A stretch of DNA of 62,082 nt, counting the filler, from Circinaria calcarea (Eukaryota), in the NCBI GenBank assembly GCA_051942165.1. It is 12 parts of 12 records of this genome, joined end to end, with 100 filler letters (N's around TTAATTAATTAA, not from the genome) between each part and the next. Parts side by side here need not be neighbours in the genome. Positions count along the whole stretch, not along the records: positions 51,852 to 56,918 come from JAVECS010002060.1; positions 57,019 to 62,082 come from JAVECS010002061.1; 10 more parts are not named here. One strand, written 5' to 3'. The position numbers and the translations under genes are program-made. Below the pieces are notes generated by a model. The model made no database searches. It had not been told where the DNA came from and saw only the letters and a list, made by a program, of their open reading frames with translations. This document shows, piece by piece, positions 56,912 to 62,082 of the stretch. How positions within the stretch are numbered: position 1 is the stretch's first letter; the number at the start of each line of letters is the position of its first letter.

Positions 56912-59900
56912 CTGTCTCNNNNNNNNNNNNNNNNNNNNNNNNNNNNNNNNNNNNNNNNNNNNTTAATTAATTAANNNNNNNNNNNNNNNNNNNNNNNNNN
57001 NNNNNNNNNNNNNNNNNNCCCACCGGCCCCCTTCTTCTAAAATACAACTCAAACAACCAAAAAAAAGGAGGAAGAAGGGAAAGGCAAAAGAAAATAAGAA
57101 CGAGAACGAGAGGGGGAAGGGGATAAAGGTGCTGAGAATAACGTGTGGGGGCTTTAATACATGTTGGTGCTGGTGATGATGATGATGATGAAATTGGTGA
57201 ATGGGTTATTAAAGGAGTTGTGGGGTAGGTGGAAGATGCACTGAAATTACTAATTTTTTTAAAAAAAAATTCATTTAAAAAAAGGGGGAAAGGGCTGGTT
57301 TCGGTTGGGTTCGGTTGGTGGTGGGAATGTATCCCGGGAGGGGTGGCAAGGATAGGATGTACGAGGGCAGAGAAGGGGATGAAATGGAGTTAAAGTAAGT
57401 CGAGATTGGAAAAATCCAAACGGAAGCGAAAATGAAAGCGGGAAGAATGGTGTCTGTGGTGACGGGGTAGATTGGTATTTGGGGTATGGGGGGAGGGGAT
57501 AAGGATAGCGAGAATCAAATGGGGTTTCTTATGATTAGTTTGATATCCTTGCTTGAAAACCCGAGATCCAGTAGGTATCGAAATAGGAGAGTGAAGGAAA
57601 GTTTGGTAAAGGGTACTGAATCAACGATTTGGGCTGGAAGGGGGTGGAGGAAGGGTAGCGGGAAGCTTTATGGGTAGGGTGCGACGAGAAAAAAAGAAGA
57701 GGGAAGGGAAAGCCGGCGTAGGGTAGTGGAAACATTTTCAGTTGTGGACGTAAATTGACAATTAATGTCTGTTTCGTCTGCCTTTGCGATTTCCAGAAAA
57801 CCGCAAACATTCTACCTTATCCCCACAGCCCACAAGCCACACATGCCTGAAAGCTGCAGTCTCATTAATATAAACCCAGCTCACACCTAGACAAAACAGC
57901 AGCACCGACCTACTGATACAGAGTATATCATAATCCACTTACCCCTTCCATTCCTCTATTTCCTGGACGCCCTTGTTCAACCGCACTCAGGTCCAAACTG
58001 TGTTGAGCAAGCTGCTGGCTTCAGGTTCATTGCCAGTATATCGCTCATCCCATATCGCTTTCCCAGGAGTGTGAGCTATATTCAAGTGAGCAGCGGGCAA
58101 GTTGTCAGAGCAAAGAGACCTTAACCAAGGCGATTTCCGGCTGTGACAGTTAGTAGCTTTACGAAACGGAATCCAGCGATAGGCCTTGGCCGGTACGACT
58201 GGTAGCCCATGGTTGTATTCTTTCTCCGACGTGGAACGGCTACCTCGCAGCGGTAAGGCAAGTAGTAAGATGCCTCAGGCACTTACTCCCTCATATAGGG
58301 CATAAAGTTGTCGTATTTCCCATGTTTCGTAGGTGATAAAAAGTGGGATACCGAGATGAATACCATATTGGGTATTCTATTTCAGCATAGGGGGCTACCA
58401 GCTCATATCCATATCCTTGTCTCAATATTCAAGGACAATGCAAGAGAACTGGGATTCAACCATTCTATCAATTTGCACCGAAAGGCTGCGCCGCATATAC
58501 ATGCAGGTTTTGCCTTGAGGTTTAACTACCATGCGAGAGAACTCTCGATTGAGAATTGGATACGGAGTATTTGCAAGGGAAATGTGATGTTTATTTGGAA
58601 ATATAAAGTGAAATGGTAAGTTGAGAAAGTGAACTATGATATGTTTCGTTTTGATGTTGAACTATTAATCGAAACTATCCTTGGCCGAGCTTTTTTGGTT
58701 AAGAAACATAGGGTTAAGGTATAGATTGGAAGGCCGCTAACACATGGTCTTAGTATCCACCTTGAGTGAAAGGTCAACGATGCCTAAGAGAACCTCAGTT
58801 AAGCACTGAAATGTGATGTTAGGCATGGTCTTTAGCTCGTCGAACGATGGTGTAAAAGACAGTCTGCCATGGGAAAGGAAACCCCATGAGTTGTGTAAGG
58901 ACACCTTTACTAAATCAACACTACCGATAGCACACAAGAACCCATAATAGCATACGGCCATTGCGATCAGGACAGTAGCAAGGACATCCGCTGCAGCGTG
59001 AGCCATGTTCAACTGATTTTGAAACAGTTCAGCTGTAAGATTTCCAAGCGTATATTCGGGTTTCTGTCCGGAAAGTCGCTAAGGTATTGTTGATTCAAGT
59101 CAGTCAAAGCGAAGGGGAGGTGTCGTGGTTATCCATGCTGTCTCAGGTTGCGGAGCAGTACTTCAGCACGAGCAAAGCCTGAAGAACGCGGTGAGCTGCA
59201 TATAAATCGAGATCCAACTTGGAACCGTGCTGACCAACTCGGACGGAGCTTGTTTCGGAAGCAAGAGAGACACTTTGGCGGCAGAACTGGCGGAGATTCT
59301 CCTTAACCATACAGCTCTCGTGCCCAGTGCACTACAGTGTACCTACTCGGCTTCGAGCATGAAGCAGAGGGCTCGCAGGATGATATTGCAGGCGTCAACC
59401 TGCCCATACGCGAAGAGCCATTGCCGCTGCACCCCAGACATACTGCATATGCCGCATGCAGCGTAGTGCAGTGAGCTAGATACTTGGCTGTCCAATCAGA
59501 CTAGTTTAACGAATACGAGATTGAATTGCCATGAGCTGAACAAAGACCATGATGAGGCAAGAGATCGGAGATCTAAACGATCGGGGGTGCAGATGCTCGG
59601 CGAATGAGGAGAACAGCAGCACGAGGACTGTTCGAGAGAGCTTGCAGAGTGGTATTGCACAAATGCAAGGTACCTCCTCATTTAGTGGGTCCCGCAGTAG
59701 CCGGAAAGGAGAGATCATCACAACGAAAAGTGTACGGGTCAACAGAACTTACCTTGTTGATGGTAACAGCGGTAGAGTAGATACGGGAAGAGATAAGTCA
59801 AGGGAAACTATCTGCCTGGAAGTCGTCTCCACGAGGTAGACATGCGGCCACAAGCCACAAGCAGAGAAGGTTGAATGGAGGCTTCATATGGCCTTCCATG

Positions 59901-61363
59901 GTTGATAAGAGTCGGATATTAACGTTTGGATTCGGGTCACCCTGCCTCCAACACACAGCGGCGAGAAGTCCTTCGCCGCCGCCCGCCGGGGTTGGCTGAT
60001 TCACCAATAGAGTGTTCGGGGCTCAAACCAGCCTCGGTCCAAGTCACGGCACGCTCCCCCTACGCGACCATAAGGGTCCAACTCCACCGGGGTCGACTTG
60101 GTCCAGGCGGCCCAAAGAAGCAGGTCTCTCTGCCGTCCAGATCCTTCCGCATGGTCTCGTTGCATTGCGGGAGATGATTGTACCAGCAGCGCATGCATTG
60201 AGATAATCAGTCGTCCGAGATGGGCAAGCCATTCTACTTGATTCGACCTAAGAACTCTCAGCTTCATGTAGAAAACCCCGTAAGTGGTAGCTGGGTCCCT
60301 CGGCCACGGAGGATGGTGAGTGACTGGGCTGAAAGGACAGCAATGGCCCCCCCCTTCGGCCGATGAGGCTGTCACAGTCTCAGCAGATGGTCAAACTCCT
60401 GGAGGCTTCGGGCGCAATGATTGGTTACCGAAGGATGCGCGGTTTTCGATGGTCCCTCGTTGTTATTGCCGCCGTCGCGTCGGATTGGCGCGCATCCACC
60501 GCTTATCGGGGTGTTCATGCACAATCTTGGCGGTCCAATAAGGTGATGACATCAGCCCATTGGGCTTCACCTCTGGTGACTCGTCGTGTCTGTGCTCTCC
60601 CCTATCACCCAGTCCGAATGTCAGAGTGAACCAAGTCGCAGGTGTGACCCCAGCTCATGGCGCGATGGCGTACACTGCGGCCTCAGATTCGCGGGCATAG
60701 CAGGTTCCTCCTCCAAACGGGCGGCATCCAGTCAACCAAGACAGGAAGCTGGACAGTTGGGAGGATTCGCTGCTAGCCGTGCCTCGCCAGGGTAACACCT
60801 GTGCCGAAGACGTTCTGGCACCCGTGTATCACCATGGCCTATCGTCGATTCGTCTGATGTCGCCCGGCCCTCGAATTGATTGTGGCCGCCTCGGAACAGG
60901 TGCGTTGCGGAAGTTTCTGACGTGCATGACCACAGGAGAAACACACACGGAGTCCTCGCTTACTATAGCTGACAGCAGCCTTTGACATGGTCTGGGGGCC
61001 ATCCTTCGAGTCATTCTCCCGAATTCTCCATTGCAGGGCGGGTGAAAGTTTATTGATCAGGTATTGTAGTTGTCTAGCAAGTCACCTGTGCACGGGGAAT
61101 GTGCCCTCTATCCGTCGACAAGGCAGGCGAAGTCAAGAGCAACGGGGAAGAAGCGAGTACGAGGCAGGGACGGAATCAATAGGTATCTAATTGTACTAGT
61201 CGGACACGCTGGATGATTTCCACATACTTGGCCGTGGTGGGGATGCTGATTGGACGGTAGCTGTCGAAGAAGCGGAAAGCGAAAAGGCCCGATGTCCGAT
61301 GCGGCCAAGACCAGATGGAAGGCCACGAAAGGGAAAAAGGGCCGAGTCTTTGTGGGAGATGGG

Positions 61364-61406
61364 CAATGGACAATGTACAATGTACAATGGACAATGGACA
61401 ATGGAC
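61364..61406. repeat. 7-bp tandem repeat CAATG(G/T)A x6
   Basis: caatggacaatgtacaatgtacaatggacaatggacaatggac. Confidence 0.85.
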
Positions 61407-62082
61407 GATTGATAATAATAACAAGAACAACAACGACATACTTCGCCAGTCTTGGGGATTTACACTCATAGTAACTCATACCTACGTGACAGCCAAGCGT
61501 GCCCTACCAGTAGTCGGTTGGATTGCTGTATCAGCATCCATCCTCGACCAGCCAGTCACGGCATGCCAACGCTCGAGGACTCGGTAACAAAAAGGTAACT
61601 AATCCTTGTCGCGACTGTCCCCATTCCCCCATCGTCCAGAGTATTCCAGTTTCCCCAGTCTTTTCTTGTCCCTATTTCTCCGTCTGGCTTCGTCCTGATT
61701 GAATCCAACAACCGGTACTTGTCCCAGCCGTACCATACCCCGCAAAAGGCAAATAAGCGTGGCTTTCCCCAGTCCCAAACCAGTTCTCCGCTCAAAGGAC
61801 GCCTTTCCAGTCCTGTTCCTCGGACCCCTTCTAGACCATCGACCTTCGATTCCTCAACCGCCATTCAACTGTCCTGTCCTGTACCGTCGCCGTTGAATCT
61901 GCCCACTAACCCAAGTGATACTTGGGGGCCCCCGGCCTCTGACACCGTCCCTCCGCACTCGATCGTCCCTATACGCGCAATGCACCAACCACCCTACTCT
62001 TAGGCTTTCCTTAATATAACCTCGACTTTGCATCCTCCTGCATCTCTTCCACGCTGATTTGTGTTCGCCGGCGGGCCTAATC

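Noticed and set aside
5093..57018. Regularly spaced TTAATTAATTAA motif every ~5.2 kb
   Set aside because: Artificial six-frame-stop linker inside N runs. It is not a biological repeat, and genes on different contigs cannot be treated as a cluster.
59200..59839. Decayed PTH11-like receptor C-terminus (IEIQLG..., ITTKSVRV)
   Set aside because: Only two weak motif resemblances and no transmembrane region could be reconstructed.
60061..60080. TACGCGACCATAAGGG resembling a 5S 5' end
   Set aside because: Match is too short and gapped, with no downstream 5S sequence.

Overview
This window is not one locus. It is 12 unrelated contigs of about 5.06-5.09 kb, sorted by decreasing length and joined by artificial 100-bp spacers (N44-TTAATTAATTAA-N44). 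The DNA comes from a filamentous ascomycete: short GT-AG introns with CTRAC branch sites, and RIP-like C>T/G>A damage in repeats. Conserved genes, many cut by contig ends, include DEN1/NEP1 deneddylase, an MFS transporter, an MRJP protein, GH5 sterylglucosidase, an ACT-family permease, Cdt1, a Zn2Cys6 factor, PalA, Pof1-like NMNAT, Snx41, DUF1996, LCCL, an aromatic aminotransferase, Mph1 and Cue3. The main result is in contig 9 (41504-46584). A RIP-destroyed DUF3435 tyrosine recombinase (Starship 'captain'), interrupted by two solo LTRs, starts about 320 bp from a 5S rRNA gene that is cut after nt 36 and keeps its -29 TATA box. This looks like the left end of a 5S-rDNA-targeting Starship giant transposon. 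Contig 11 holds an internally deleted 5S copy with a compensated terminal helix, two tail-to-tail Helitron-like ends, and an intact APH-fold kinase lacking both catalytic aspartates. Other accessory features: a NACHT-ankyrin NLR with hypervariable repeats and an orphan repeat, two dispersed Helitron-like families, a pogo-like MITE, and RIP-hit orphan coiled-coil genes. All family calls rest on motif recognition by eye; no searches were run.
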